Of a stretch of 64,000 nucleotides of DNA, positions 46,510-60,600 are shown in pieces. The DNA comes from Squalus acanthias (Eukaryota), in assembly GCA_030390025.1 (NCBI GenBank), contig CM059431.1, forward strand, positions 151,592,001 through 151,656,000, given 5' to 3'. The position numbers and the translations under genes were made by a program. Position 1 is the first letter of the stretch. Each line of letters starts with the position of its first letter. The notes under the pieces were generated by a model. It did not search any database. It worked only from the letters and a program-made list of their open reading frames with translations, and had not been told where the DNA came from.

Positions 46510-49500
46510 TAGAGTGCAGATCGGAACAGATTGTTAAACTGAGAGTATGCTTCAAGGAGAGCAGGAGCTAAAAAGCTGCACAAAAGGGGACAGAGAACCA
46601 GCGTTGAGTATTTCAACAGTATTTCGACATTCCAATCATTAAAGTAAAAGTAAAGTCTCTAGTTTGGAGTAAGTAGTGTTTAAAGGGAAGTAAGGTCCCT
46701 ATTGTATTTAATATTCTTTAATTTAAAGGTATTAAATTAAGGGAAGGGCATGGCAGGGCAGCTCGGCAGCGAGGAGTGCTCCACCTGGGCTTTCTTGTAA
46801 GTCAGGGACAATTTGGGTGTCTAGGGCGAACAATTGTGCAGGAAGTGTCTCCAGCTGCAGCTACTCGAAATCTGCGTTTCGGAGCTGAAGCTGCGGCTGG
46901 AGTCACTGTGGAGCATCCGCGAAGCTGAGATCTTCGTGGATAGCACGTTTAACGAGCTGGTCACACCGCAGGTAACGAGTGCACAGGCAGACAGGGAATG
47001 GGTGACCATCAGACAGAGTAAAAGAACGAGGAAGGTAGTGCAGGAGTCACCTGGGTACATCTCCCTCTCTGACAGATTTTCCGTTTTGGATACAGATGGG
47101 GGAGAGGGTTTCACAGGGGAATGCAGCAAGAGCCAAGTCCGTGGCACTGCGATGGCTCAGCTGCACAGGAGGGGAGGAAAAAGAGTGGGGGATCAATCGT
47201 GATAGGGGATTCTATTGTAAGGGGAACAGATAGACGTCTCTGTGGCCGCATACGTGACTCCAGCATGGTATGTTGCCTCCCTGGTGCCAGTGTCAAGGAT
47301 GTCACTGAACGGCTGGAGGGAATTCTGAAGGGGGAGGGCGAACAGTAAGAGGTCCTGGTACACATTGATACCAACGACATGGTTAGAAAGCGGGATGAGT
47401 TCCTGCAACAAGAATTTAGGGAGCTAGGTAGCAGATTAAAAAGCAGGACCTCAAAGGTTGTAATCTCTGGATTACTCCCGGTGCCACGTGCTACTGAGTA
47501 TAGGAATAGGAGGATAGAGCAGATGAATGCTTCGCTAAAGAGTTGGTGCAGGAGGGAGGTCTTTAGTTTCCTGGATAACTGAGTCTGCTTCTGGTGAAGG
47601 TGGAACCTGTACAAGTCGGACGGGTTGCACCTGAACCGGAACGGGATCAAAATCCTTGCGGGGAGGTTTGCTAGTACTGTTGGGGGGCTGGGGGGGGGGG
47701 GCGCGGGGGGGGTGTTAAACTAACTTGGCAGGGAGATGGGATACGGAGTGGAGCTATAGTAAGGGGTGATACACAGCCAAATATAGAGGAAAAAACAATC
47801 AGCCTGGAAGGCAGAGCAAATATGTAACGGCACCAAGGAGTATGGCAAGGCTGGTTGGCATTTAGTTTAATGCAAGGAATCTTGCGAGTAAGGCAGATGA
47901 ATTAAAGGTGTTGCTGAACATATGGGAGTATGATATTGTTGCTATCACAGAGACATGTTTGAGGGAGGGACAGGACTGGCAGCTCAATATTCCGGGGTAT
48001 AGAATCTTCAGGCGAGACAGAGGGTGGAGTAAAAGAGGAGGGGGGTGTCGCAATATTAATCAAGGAGTCAATTACTGCTGTAAGGAGGGGTGATATCTTA
48101 GCAGGTTCCTCTAATGATGCCATATGGATAGAACTTAAAAACAAAAAGTGGGCAAGCACTTTGCTGGGAATTTACTATAGGCCCCCAAACATTCAGGGGG
48201 AGATAGAGGAAGACGTATGTAGGCAAATGTCAGAGAAGAGTAGAAATAATAGGGTAATAATAGTAGGGGATTTCAAATTCCCCAATATTAGCTGGGATAG
48301 TCAGAGTGTGACAGGCTTAGAGGGCGCGGAATTCTTAAAGTGCATCCAGGAGAGCTGTTTAAGCCACCATGTGGAAAGTCCTACAAGAGAGGGGGCGGTA
48401 CTGGAACTAATTCTAGGGAATGTAGCTGGGCAAGTTGTCGAAGTGTTAGTAGGAGAGCATTTTGGTGACAGTGACCATAATTCGGCGAGAGTTAACGTAG
48501 TCATGGAAAAGGACAAAGATGGACCGGAGATAAAGGTTCTAAATTGGGGGAAGGCCGATTTTAATATGATAAGGCAGGATCTGGCCAAAGTGGACTGGGA
48601 TCAGCTATGTGTAGGAAAATCCACATCGGAGCAGTGGCAGTCTTTCAGAAAGGATATAGAGAGAGTACAAAGGCAACATGTTCCCGTCAAGTTCAAGGGT
48701 GGGACCAACAAGCCCAGGGAACCCTGGATGTCAAGGGATTTACGAGAATGGATTAGGAAAAAAAGAGAGGCAATTGGCAGATACAAAGCACTAAAACAGT
48801 GGAAGCCCTAGAGGAGTACAGAAAGTGCAGGTGGTCAACTATAAAAGATTTTAGGAGAGCGAAGTGGGGGCATGAAATAACATTGGTGGGCAAAATAAAG
48901 GAAACTTAAAAGGTGCTTTATAAGTATATTAAGGGCAAGAGGATAGCCAGGGAAAGAGTAGGGCTCATTAGGGACCAAAGTGCCAATCTGTGTGGATAGC
49001 CAAAAGATACGGGTGGGGTTTTAATGAATATTTTGCATCTGTGTTCAAAATAGAGAAGGACGATGTAGGCATAGAAATCAGGCAGGGGGATTGTGATATA
49101 CTTGAACAAATTAGGATTGAGAGGGAGGAGCTACTAGCGGTTTTAGCAGGCTTCAATGTGGATAAATCCCCAGGCCCAGACGAGATGCATCCCAGGCTGC
49201 TGTGTAAGGCAAGTGAGGAGATTGCAGGGGCTCTGACATAAATTTTCATAACCTCTCTGGCCACAGGGAAGGTGCCAGAGGACTTGAGAACAGCTAACGT
49301 GGTACCATTATTCAACAAGGGTAAAAGGGATAAACCAGGGAAGTACAGGCCAGTGAGCCTAACATCCGTGGTGGGGAAATTATTGGAAAAAATTCTGAGG
49401 GACAGAAATAGTCTCCACTTGGAGAGGCAAGGATTAAGCAAGGATAGTCAGCATGGCTTTGTCAGGAGGAGATCATGTCTGACCAATTTGCTTGAATTTT

Positions 49501-50690
49501 TTTAAGGGGATGACTATGTGTATGGATGATGGTACTGCAGTTGATGTGGTCTACATGGATTTCAGTAAGGCTTTGCACAAAGACCCGCATGGGAGACTGG
49601 TCAAGAATGTAACAGCCCATGGGATCCAGGGCAACTCGGCACGTTGGATCCAAAATTGGCATGGAGGCAGGAGGCAGCGTGTGATGGTCGAAGATTGCTT
49701 TTTTGACTGGAAGCCTGTGTCCAGTGGTGTACCGCAGTGATCGGTGCTGGGTTCTTTGCTGTTTGTAGTGTACATTAATGATTTAGATATGAATGTAGGA
49801 GGTATGATCAGTAAGTTCGCAGATGACATGAAAATTGGTATTGTGGTAAATAGAGGGGAGGGAAGCCTCAGGCTACAGGACGATATAGAGAGTTTGGTCA
49901 GATGAGCAGAACAGGGACAAATGGAATTTAACCCTGAAAAGTGTGAGGTAATGCATTTTGGGAGGACTAACTAGGCAAGGGAATACACAATGAATGGTAG
50001 GACCATATAATGTACAGAGGATCAGAGGGACCTTGGCGTGCATGTACATAGATCCCTGAAGGCAGCAGGACAGGTAGATAAGGTGTTTAAAAAGGCATAT
50101 GGGATACTTGCCTTCATTAGCCGAGGCATAGAATATAAGAGCAGGGAGGATATCATGGAACTGTACAAAACGCTAGTGAGGCCACAGCTGGAATACTGTG
50201 TGCAGTTCTGGTCGCCACACTATAGGAAGGATGTGATTGCATTGTAGACGGTGCAGAGGAGATTCACCAGGATGTTACCTGGGCTGCAGCGCTTCAGCTA
50301 TGAAGAGAGACTGGACAGGCTGGGGGTGGACCTGATTGAGGTGCACAAAATTATGAGGGGCATGGATAGGGTAGATAGAAAGGAACTATTTCCCTTAGTA
50401 GAGGAGTCAATAAACAGGGGGCGTAGTTTCCAGTTAATGGGCAGGAGGTTTAGAGGAGATTTGAGGAAAAACTTTTTCACCCAGAGGGTGTTTGGAATCT
50501 GGAACTTGCTGCCTGAAAGAGTTGATGGAGAGAAGCATTTAGATGAACACTTGAAACGCCATAGCATACAAGGCTACGGACCAAGTGCCGGAAAAGGGAT
50601 TAAAATAGACTGGGCTTGATGGCCGGCGATGACACGATGGGCCGAAGGGCCTCTTTCTGTGCTGTATAACTCAATGACTCTATGACTCTA
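46510..50690 (+). mobile_element. Near full-length CR1 LINE, decayed
   Basis: ORF1 MCRKCLQLQLL, IGDSIVR, SKVVISGLLPVP; ORF2 YYRPPN, VGDFKFP, SPGPDEMHP, LVRPQLEYCVQF; (ATGACTCT)n tail. Confidence 0.92.
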
Positions 50691-51090
50691 TTTGGTCCCC
50701 TCATCGAAATCATAGATATATAGCTGAGGCCCAATCACAAGTCCTTGCGGTACCCCACTATTTACAGCCTGCCAACCCGAGTATGACCCGTTTATTCCTA
50801 CTCTCTGTTATCTGTCCGTTAACCAATCCTCAATCCTTACTAGTATATTACCGCAAATCCCTCGCGCCCTAATTTTATTTAACATCATCTTGTGTGGCAC
50901 CTTGCCAAATGCCTTCTGAAAATTCAAATATACCACATCCACTGGTGCTCCCTTATCTGTTCTGCTAGTTACAATTTCAAAACATTCTAACAAACTCGTC
51001 AAACACGATTTCCCTTTCATAAATCCGTGTTCCCTAATACTGATGTCGCATATTAATCTATCGAACTTCAAGAACAGATCAGAAATGCCA

Positions 51091-51146
51091 GCCCGATAAG
51101 CTCAGTCGGTAGATCATCAGACTTTTATTCTGAGGATCGAGGGTTC
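51091..51146 (+). pseudogene. tRNA-Lys(UUU) pseudogene, 3'-truncated
   Basis: GCCCGATAAGCTCAGTCGGTAGATCATCAGACTTTTATTCTGAGGATCGAGGGTTC; TTT anticodon retained; 3' T-arm and acceptor strand missing. Confidence 0.85.
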
Positions 51147-51267
51147 TTTCCTGCTGTCTCAAACAAACTCATTATTAGGAGTTAAACGTTTGCAACAACA
51201 CCTGATTTTTTCCAAATATAATGCGGCTGCATGGAAGATGGAATTGAGCATTTTGATTTAAAAGCAG

Positions 51268-51320
51268 CGCCTGTATAGAGACTTGAACTGTGAACCCTGA
51301 GATTAAAACACTTACGCTCC
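51268..51320 (-). pseudogene. Degenerate tRNA-Lys(UUU) 3' part
   Basis: AAAAGCAG-CGCCTGTATAGAGACTTGAACTGTGAACCCTGAGATTAAAA. Confidence 0.7.
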
Positions 51321-51804
51321 TGTCCCTGTTTAATATTGCTCACCCAGTTCCCAATGGAACGACTCGCTTTAACTGCTGACATTGAACATGACTTCGGTGG
51401 CATCCTGCATTTCCTAATGTTTTATACGTTCATGTGCTGCAGGCGGCGCTGGCATGCTGACGCGAACGATTTGCTGATGGGCCTACTGCTTTCATGTTGA
51501 GCACATCTTTGCAGTTTCCTCAGCTTGTCCGTATTGTCTGAACAATAATCATATTACATGATCCCTTCCTAATAATAATATCTGTCTATTAATAAATCGA
51601 ATATCTTACATATATGTGCACTTCCTGTCTGCAAATACTCAATATACCCTTTCAAGTTTCTTTCACTCTTTTGTGTCGAATATTTCGCCCATTATAAAAT
51701 GTCTTGCCCACATTTAGGACTGAAACGGCCCCTGTAAACCGGTCACGCTGTAATTACGCTCGGTCTCCAGTGGTGACGCTGTATAGTCTCCATTTTGCAT
51801 CTTC

Positions 51805-54800
51805 CATCGGAGTCAGAAGTGCTGAACCCCAATGTAGGACTTCATCAGAAATATGTGCTGAGACTTCAGTGTAGGACTGAGAGAGTGCAGCATTGTTAGA
51901 GACAATGTGCGTTAAATGACATTTTAAAAGCGGGACCAATCTGACCGCTGACAGTGTCTGTGTGGGAGAAATGTGAGCCGTTGAAAGCTGTTGCAGAGAA
52001 TTAAATGCATGAACACACATAGCTCAGTCGGAAAATTATGAGACGTTTAATTTGATGGATCCAGATTTTAAGTCCTTGTACAGGTTCTGCTTTTTAACAG
52101 GTCCACGTTCTATTGGTTCGGGAGCCAATGGGGGGCGGAATTGTTAGAGACACCAGCACCTGCCACATTCATGCCAAGATTACAGAAGAATTACAGATAA
52201 CCACCATTATAAAACCCTTCATTGTTTCAACACTATAGTTATGATGAACATGTATAAAACACTGGGTAGGCCTCAACTGTAGTATTGTGTCCAATTCTGG
52301 CCTCCGCACTTTAAGACGAATGTTAAAGCTTTGAGAGGGTTCAGGAAAGATTCACAAGTATGGTTCCAGGGATAAGCGACTTCAGTTACGTGGATAGACT
52401 GGAGAAGCTGGGGTTGTTCTCCTGACAGCAGAGAAGGTTGAGAGGAGATTTGATAGACGTGTTCAACATCATGAGGGTTCTAGACAGAGTTGATAGTGAG
52501 AAACTGTTCGCATTGGCAGAAGGGTCCAGAACCAGAGGATATAGATTTAAGCTGATTGGCAGAAGAATCGAAGACGACATGAGGACAATCCTTTATTAAC
52601 ACTGCGTTTGGTTCTGATCTGGAATGCACTGCCTGAGAGAGTGGTGGAGGCTGATTGAATCGTGGCTTTCCAAACGGAATTGAATAAGTACCTGAAGGAA
52701 AACATATGTAGGGCTATGGGGAAAGGGCGGGGGAGTGGGACCAGCTGAAGTGCTGTTGCAAGTAGCCGGCACGGGCCTCCTTCTGTGCTGTAATGCGCCT
52801 CCGAACACATATCCGCAGCATAACAATGACCACCTATTTCCATCTCCGTAAAATCGCTCGTCTCCGCCCTTGCCTCAGCTCATCTGCTGCTAAACACTCA
52901 TCCATGCCTTTGTTACATCTAGACTTGATAATACCAAAACAGTCCTGGCTGACCTCCCACATTCTACCCAACCTAAACTTGAGGACATCCAAATCTCTGC
53001 TGCCCGTGTCCTTACTCGCACCAAGTCCCGTTCCCACATCACTCCTGTACTCACTGACCTACACTGGCTCCGGGTTAAGCAGCGCCTCATTTTCAAAATT
53101 CTCACACTTGTTTTCAAATGCGAACAGGGCCTCGCCCCTTCCTAGCACTGTAATCTCGTTCAGCCCCTCAACCCGACCAGATATCTGCCCTCCAGTAATT
53201 CTGCCCTCTTTAGCATCGCTGATTATAATCGCTCAATCATTGTTGACCGTGCCTTCTGTTGCCTCGGCCTTAAGCTCTGAAATGCCCTGCCTAAACCTCT
53301 CTGCCTCGCTACCTCACTTTTCTTCTTTAAGACGCTCCTTAAAAACTACCTATTTGACCGAGCTTTTCGTCACCTGCCCTAACTGCTCCTCGTGTGGCTC
53401 GGTGTATTTTTTTTTGTCTCAGAATACTCCTGTGCAGCGCCTTGTGTCATTTAACTACGTTAAAGGCGCTATATAAATAAAAGTTGTTTTTGCTGTTGTA
53501 ACAATTCTCTGATTCTATGATAAAGGTAACGTTATCGGTTATTTAAGCTGGGGCGTCTCATTCCAGTACCTGCAATGTAAGGCATTTAATGTTGACGCCC
53601 ACATGTTCTACTTTGACAAGTATGTTCTTGGCCCAACTAGGACGGAGGCATTGCTGGATCTGGTGCTGGGGGATTAGGTGGGTCAGATCGACCAAGTGTC
53701 TTTTGGAGAACACTTGGACAAGAGTGATCATCGTATCATAAGATTTAGGTCAGCAATGGAGAAGAGCAAGGGACAAAATAGCGTAGAACTCCTAAACTGG
53801 AACAGGGCTCATTTCAATGGGATGCGAAAGGATCTGTCCAGGGTTAAATGGAACGAAAGACTTACAGGAAAAAACTGTATCAGAACAATAGGTGATCTTT
53901 ATTGAGGATATATTCCAAGTACAGGCTACATACATTCCAACAGGAGCAAAGAGTAAGGGAAACAAAGACGAGGGAGATAGAGAAGGTGGTGAAACATAAA
54001 AAGGGGATGTATGATGCATGTCAGCTGAATTCATCAAGGGAGAATCAGACCAAAAGCAATAACTTGAGATGGGAAGTGAAGATGAAAATAAGATTGATAA
54101 AGAGAGAATATAAGAGTAGAATGGCGGTTAACATAACAGGGAATCCAAAAATCTTCTACCGGGATATAAACAGTAAGTGGGTAGTAAGAGGCGTGTTTGT
54201 GTATATTAGGGACAAATAATGTGATATATTCTTAGAAGCGCAGGACAAGGGTATCAGTACTGAATGAATACCTGGTATCAGTGTTTACTAAGGAGGTGGA
54301 TGCTGACAAAATATTGGCAGAAGTGGAAAAGGTAGAAGCAATGGAAGGGGTGAATATTGATATACAGGAGCTACTAAAAAAGCTGGGTACGCTGAGAGTG
54401 GATAACTCGCCTGGCCCAGATGGCTTGCATTCCAGCTTGCTGAGGGAATTGGGGGAGGAGATAGCAGAAGGGCATGCAAAATTGACCAATCTTTCCTAGA
54501 TGTGGGGGAAGTGCCTGAGGATTGGAAGGTGTCAAATATGACACCATTGTTCAAGAAAGGTTGTAAGGAAAATCCTAGTAACTACAGGCTTGGCAGTTTA
54601 ACATTAGTGCTGGGTAAAGTTTTAGAAACAATATTCAAGGGAAAAGGTAACGGGCACTTGCAGAGGTTTAAGCTAATTAAGGAGAGTGAACACGTATTTG
54701 TAAAAGGCAGATCGTGTTTGTCTTATCTAATTGAATTGTTTGATGAAGTAACATGGAGGATTGATGAAGGGAATGCAATGGAAGTTGACTGCATGGATTT

Positions 54801-55490
54801 TCGGAAGGCGTTTGACAAAGTACCACATATGAGTTTGGTGAACAAAATTGAGCCTTCTGGAATAGCTGGGTCAGTCGCAGCTTGGATAAGGAATTGGCTT
54901 AACGGTAGAAAACAGCGAGTTGTGTTAGAAGGCTATTTTCAGATTGGAGGATGGTAGACAGTGGAGTTGCCCAAGGGTCAGTGTTTGGGCCACTGTTTTA
55001 TTTTACATATATAATTAACTTGGATATTGAAATACAGAGTATAATTTCTAATGTGCCAATGACACCAAACTTGCGGGTGTGACAATTTGTGAGCAATATA
55101 CCAATCGACTGCAGCACTACATAGTTTTGCTTGCAGAATGGGCAGGCAAGTGGCAGATGGAATTAAATACAGAGAAGTGTGAGGTGATGCATTTTGGCAG
55201 CATAACAGGGAGAAGCAATATATAATAAATACCACATTTCTGAATAGAGTGCAGGGACAGAGGGACCTGGGAGTTAATGTGCATATTTCCCTGAAGGTGG
55301 CAGGCCATATTGAGAAAGTGGTTAGCAAAGCATATGGAATCTTGGGCTTCATAAATAGAGGTATGGAGTACCAAAGTGGAGAATTTATGCTGAAATATAT
55401 AAAGCGCTGCAAAGTCCACAACTGCAGTATTGTGTCCAGTTCTGCTCACCACAATTTAGGTAGGATGTGAAGTCCCTTGTGAGGGTGCAG
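51805..55490 (+). repeat. Segmental duplicate of 11783-15480 (SINE fragment, tRNA pseudogene, CR1 3' piece, L2 3' piece, CR1 ORF2 piece)
   Basis: Same order of fragments, same junctions and same intervening non-TE sequence; moderately diverged. Confidence 0.92.
52012..52086 (+). pseudogene. Degenerate tRNA-Lys(UUU) copy, paralog of 11990-12063
   Basis: TAGCTCAGTCGG..TTTAATTTGA..AAGTCCTTGTACAGG then CTGCTTTTT. Confidence 0.65.
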
Positions 55491-55739
55491 CGGCGGACCT
55501 GTGAGAGGCACAGAGTCAGCGAGAAGAACTCAGCACAGGAGTGACGTCAGAATTCAGAAGTGAGGTGGTTAGAGGGGAGCTGCTTGGTGAGTAGCTGGTG
55601 GTTATTTTCTGTTAAGTTTTTTATTCAGTTTTAAGTCTATTTCTGCTGAGTAGATCATAGCCCATTACTAGAGCGAGAGCGCTCATTAGTGAGTTGCAGG
55701 TGAGTGTTTTTGTTAAGTTTTTTAGTTTATTTTGCGTGC

Positions 55740-55912
55740 AGTTTTACAGGGGCCAGTGTCGGGAGCGGAGAGAGCAGCAGCACTGTGAGTATTTAAACTC
55801 ACTTTCGCGGGCTTTTTTACGGAGTCCAGTGTCGGGAGCGGAGAGAGCAGTAGCACAGTGAGTAGTTAAACTCACTTTAGTGGACTTTTTACAGAGGCCA
55901 TTGTCGGGAAAG
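55740..55912 (+). repeat. ~70-bp tandem repeat (about 2.4 copies) in the CR1 5'UTR
   Basis: CCAGTGTCGGGAGCGGAGAGAGCAG...AAACTCACTTT repeated. Confidence 0.85.
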
Positions 55913-57610
55913 TGCCCTTGAGTATATCATTTAATTGAAGTGAAATTGGTGGGATTAATTTAATTTAAATGTATTTAATTAATTAAAGGGTGACTCATGT
56001 CAGGAGAGCTCCGCACCGTGATATGCTCCTCCTGCTATATGTGGGAAATCAGGGACGCTTCCTGTGTCCCTGACGACCATATGTGTGGGAAGTGTATCCA
56101 GCTGCAGCTACTGATAGATCGCATTGTGGCGCTGGAGCTGCGGATGGATACATATTGGAGCATTCGCGACGCTGAGAACGTCGTGAATAGCACGTTTAGC
56201 GAGTTGGTCACATCGCAGGCAAAGGATGTACAGGCTGGAAGTGAATTGGTGACCACCAGGCAGAGTAATATGTGCAGGCAGGTAGTGCAAGGGTCCCCTG
56301 CGGCCATCTGCCTCTCAAACAGATATACCACTTTGGATAGTGTTGGGCGGGAATGACTTATCAGGGGAAGGCAGCAGCAGCCAACTTCCTGGCACCATGG
56401 GTGGCTCTGCTGCACAGGCTGGGAGGAAAAAGGTTGGAAGAGCTATAGTGATAGGGGACTCAATTGTAAGGGGAATACATAGGCGTTTCTGCGGCCGCAA
56501 ACGAGACTCCAGGATGGTGTGTTGCCTCCCTGGTGCAAGGGTGAAGGACGTCTCGGAGCGGCTACAGAACATTTTGATGAGGGAGGGCGAACAACCAGTT
56601 GTCGTTGTGCACATAGGCATCCACGATATAGGTAAAAAAAACAGGATGAGGTCGTAAAAGTAGAATATAGGGAATTAGGAGGTAAATTAAAAAATAGGAC
56701 CTCAAAGGTAGTAATCTCAGGATGGCTACCAATGCCACGTGCTAGTCAGAGTAGAAATAGGAGGATATTTCAAATGAATACGTGCCGAGAGGAAGGGTGC
56801 AAGGGGGAAGGATTCAAATTCTTGGACATTGGAACCGGTTCTGGGGGAGGTGGGGCCAGTACAAACGGGACGGTCTCCACCTGGGCAGGAACAGGACCGA
56901 TGTCTTATGGGGGGTGTTTGCTAGTGCTGTTGGGGAGGGTTTAAACTGAAGTGGCAGGGGGCTGGGAACCTGAGCAGGGTGACAGAGGAAAGGGAAACAA
57001 GGATAAAAGCAAAAGGCAGGAAGGAGAAAAACAAAAGTAGAAGGCAAATAACTCAATGGATTAAATCAAACCTGGTCACAGTAAATAAAAATTCATATAG
57101 GTCAGAGAGCGTTAAAAAAAAGCCTGAAGGCTTTGTGTCTGAATGCAAGGAGCATACGAGGTGAATTAATACGATTTAATTGGGATTACAGAAACATGGC
57201 TCCAGGGTGGCCAAGGCTGGGCCCTCAACATCCAGGGGTATTCAATATTTAGGAAAGATAGGCAAAACGGAAAGGGAGGTGGGGTAGCATTGCTGGTTAA
57301 AGTCGGGATTAACACAATTGATAGGAAGGATATTAGCTCTGATGATGCAGAATCTGTATGGGTAATACTGAGAAATAACAAGGAGCAGAAAACGTTATTG
57401 GGAGTGGAATATAGACCACCTAACAGTAATACGGAGTTTGGGGATGGAATTAAAAAGGAAATTAGAGAAGCAAGCAGTAAGGGCACAGCAGTCATCATAG
57501 GTGACTTTAATTTACATATAGATTGTGCTAACCAAATTAGTAAAAATACTGTGGAGGAAAAATTCCTAGAATGTTTACGGGATGGTTTTCTGGAACAATA
57601 TGTCGAGGAA

Positions 57611-60600
57611 AATAAGAACATAAGAAATAGGAGCAGGAGTAGGCCAATCGGCCCCTCGAGCCTGCTCCGCCATTCAATAAGATCATGGCTGATCTGATCC
57701 TAACCGCCAATCTACTATCTATCATAGAATCATCTCCTGCATCTAACAGAATTGCACACACGAAATAGGAGCAGAATCCGGCTACACGGTCCCTGGGCCC
57801 GCTCCACTACCCACAGGGCCATGACCGATCCGAACCTAGACTCATGTCCAAATCCTGCCCGCTCCCCGTAACCCTTAATGCCCTTTACTTCTAGGAAACT
57901 GTCTATTTCTGTTTTAAATTTATTTAATGATGTAGCTTCTACAGCTTTTTGTGGCAGCATATTCCATGGACCTACCACCCTCTGAGTGAAGTAGTTCCTC
58001 CTCATCTCAGTTTTGAAAGAGCAGCCCCTTATTCTAAGACTATGTCCCCTAGTTCTAGTCTCACCCGTCATCGGGAACATCCTCCCCGCATCCACCCGAT
58101 CCAACCCCTTCACAATCTTATATGTTTCAATAAGATCGCCTCTCATTCTTCTGAACTCCAATGAGTAGAGTCCCAATCTACCCAACCTCTCCTCATATGA
58201 CCACCCCTCTCATCCCCGGGATTAACCGAGTGAACCTTTTTTGCACTGCCTCGAGAGCAAGGATGTCTTTCCTTAAGTAAGGACACCAAAACTGTATGCA
58301 GTATTCCAGGTGCGGTCTCACCAATACCTTGTACAACTGAAGCAATACCTCCCTATTTTTATATTCTATCCCCCTAGCAATGAAAGACAACATTCCATTT
58401 GCCTTCTTAATCACTTGCTGCACCTGCATACTAACCTTTTGAGTTTCGTGCACCAGGACCCCCAGATCCCTTTGCACTTCAGTACTCTCCAGTTTCTTGC
58501 CATTAAGATAATAAATTGCTCTAGGATTTTTCCTGCCAAAGTGCATCACCTCACACTTTCCAGTGTTGTATTCCATCTGCCAAATCTCTGCCCACTTACT
58601 TAGCCTGTCTATGTCCCCTTGCAGGTTTTTTATGTCCTCCTCACTCACTACTTTCCCTCCCATCTTTGTATCATCTGCAAATTTTGATATGTTACACTTG
58701 GTCCCTTCCTCCAAATCGTTAATATAGATTGTAAAGAGTTGGGGACCCAGCACTGACCCCTGCGGAACACCACTAGTTACTGATTGCCAGTCTGAGAATG
58801 AACCATTTATCCCAACTCTTTGCTTTCTGTTAGATAGCCAATCTCTATCCATGCCAGAATATTACCCCCAATCCCGTGATTTTTTAGCTTAAGCAATAAT
58901 CTTTTGTGTGGCACCTTGTCAAATGCCTTTTGGAAGTCTAAATACACTACGTCCACTGGTTCCCCTTTATCCACTCTATATGTTACTTCCTCAAAGAACT
59001 CCAGCAAATTTGTCAAACATGACTTCCCCTTCGTAAAACCATGCTGACTTTGTCCTATTAAATTATGATTATCCAAATGTCCTGTTACTGTTTCCTTAAT
59101 AATGGACTCCAAAATTTTACCTACCACAGATGTTAGGCTAACCGGTCTATAGTTACCAGCCTTCTGTCTACTGCCCTTTTTAAATAAGGGTGTTACATTA
59201 GCAGTTTTCCAGTCTGCCGGGACCTTAGCGGAATCCAGGGAGTTTTGAAAAATTATTACCAATGCATCTACAATCCCTACCGCCACTTCCTTCAAGCCTC
59301 TAGGATGTAAGCCATCAGGTCCAGGTGATTTATCCGCCTTGAGTCCCATTATTTTACCGAGTACCACTTCCTTGGTGATTTTGATCGTGTTTAGCTCCTC
59401 TCCCCCTATAGCCCCCTGTTTGTCCAGTGTTGGGATATTCTTAGTGTCCTCTACTGTAAAGACTGATACAAAATATTCATTCAGTGTTTTTGCCATCTCC
59501 ATATTTCCCACCATTAATTTCCCGGTCTCATCCTCTAATGGACCAACATTTACTTTAGCCACCCTTTTTCTTTTTATATAACTATGAAAACTCTTACTAT
59601 CTGTTTTTATATTTTTTGCTAATTTACTTTCATAATCTATCTTCCCTTTCTTAATCAATCTTTTCGTTATTTTTTGCTGCCTTTTAAAGTTTTCCCAATC
59701 CTCTGTCCTCCCACTAGATTTCGCTACCTTATATGCCCTTGTTTTTAGTCGAATACTATCCTTAATTTCTTTACTTAGCCACGGATGACTGTCCTTTCTT
59801 TTACACCCTTTTCTTTTCAGTGGAATATATTTTTTTTGGAAGTTGTAAAATAACTCCTTGAATGTACACCACTGATCATGTGTCGTCTTACCCTTTAATC
59901 TATTTTCGCAATCCACTCTACTCAATTCCGCTCACATACCTTCATAGTCTCCTTTATTCAAGCTTAGCACGCTTGTTTGAGATCCAACCTTCTCACCCTC
60001 TAATTGAATATGGAATTCAACCATGTTATGGTCACTCATTCCAAGGGGATCCTTTACTAGGACATTTTTAATTAATCCTGTCTCATTACACAGGACCAGA
60101 TCTAAGGTTGCTTGCCCCCTGGTCGGTTCAGTTACATACTGCTCAAGAAACCCATCCCTAATACACTCAATGAACTCATCCTCAAGGCAGCCCTGCCCCA
60201 TTTGATTTGTCCAATTAATATGATAGTTAAAATCCCCCATAATTATAGATGTTCCCTTATTACATGCCTCAACTATTTCCTGATTGATACTCCGTCCAAC
60301 AGAGTTGCAACTGTTCGGAGGCCTATAGACTACGCCCACTAGTGTTTTTTTCCCCTTATTATTCCTTATCTCCACCCAAACTGTTTCATTATCATGATTT
60401 TTTGACCCAATATCATTACTCTGTATTACAGTGATTCCTTCCTTTATTAACATAGCCACCCCACCTCCCCTTCCTTCCTGCCTGTCCTTCCTGATCGTTA
60501 AATAACCTGGTATGTTTAATTCCCAGGCATTGTCACCCTGCAGCCATGTTTCTGTAATGGCCACAATATCATAACCATATGTAGTTATTTGTGCCATTAA

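Noticed and set aside
51091..51146. Functional tRNA-Lys gene
   Set aside because: 3' T-arm and acceptor strand are missing; all other copies have deletions or broken stems
52793..53476. 227-aa ORF as a host gene
   Set aside because: Off-frame translation of a decayed L2 3' end; not conserved in the paralog at 12780-13480
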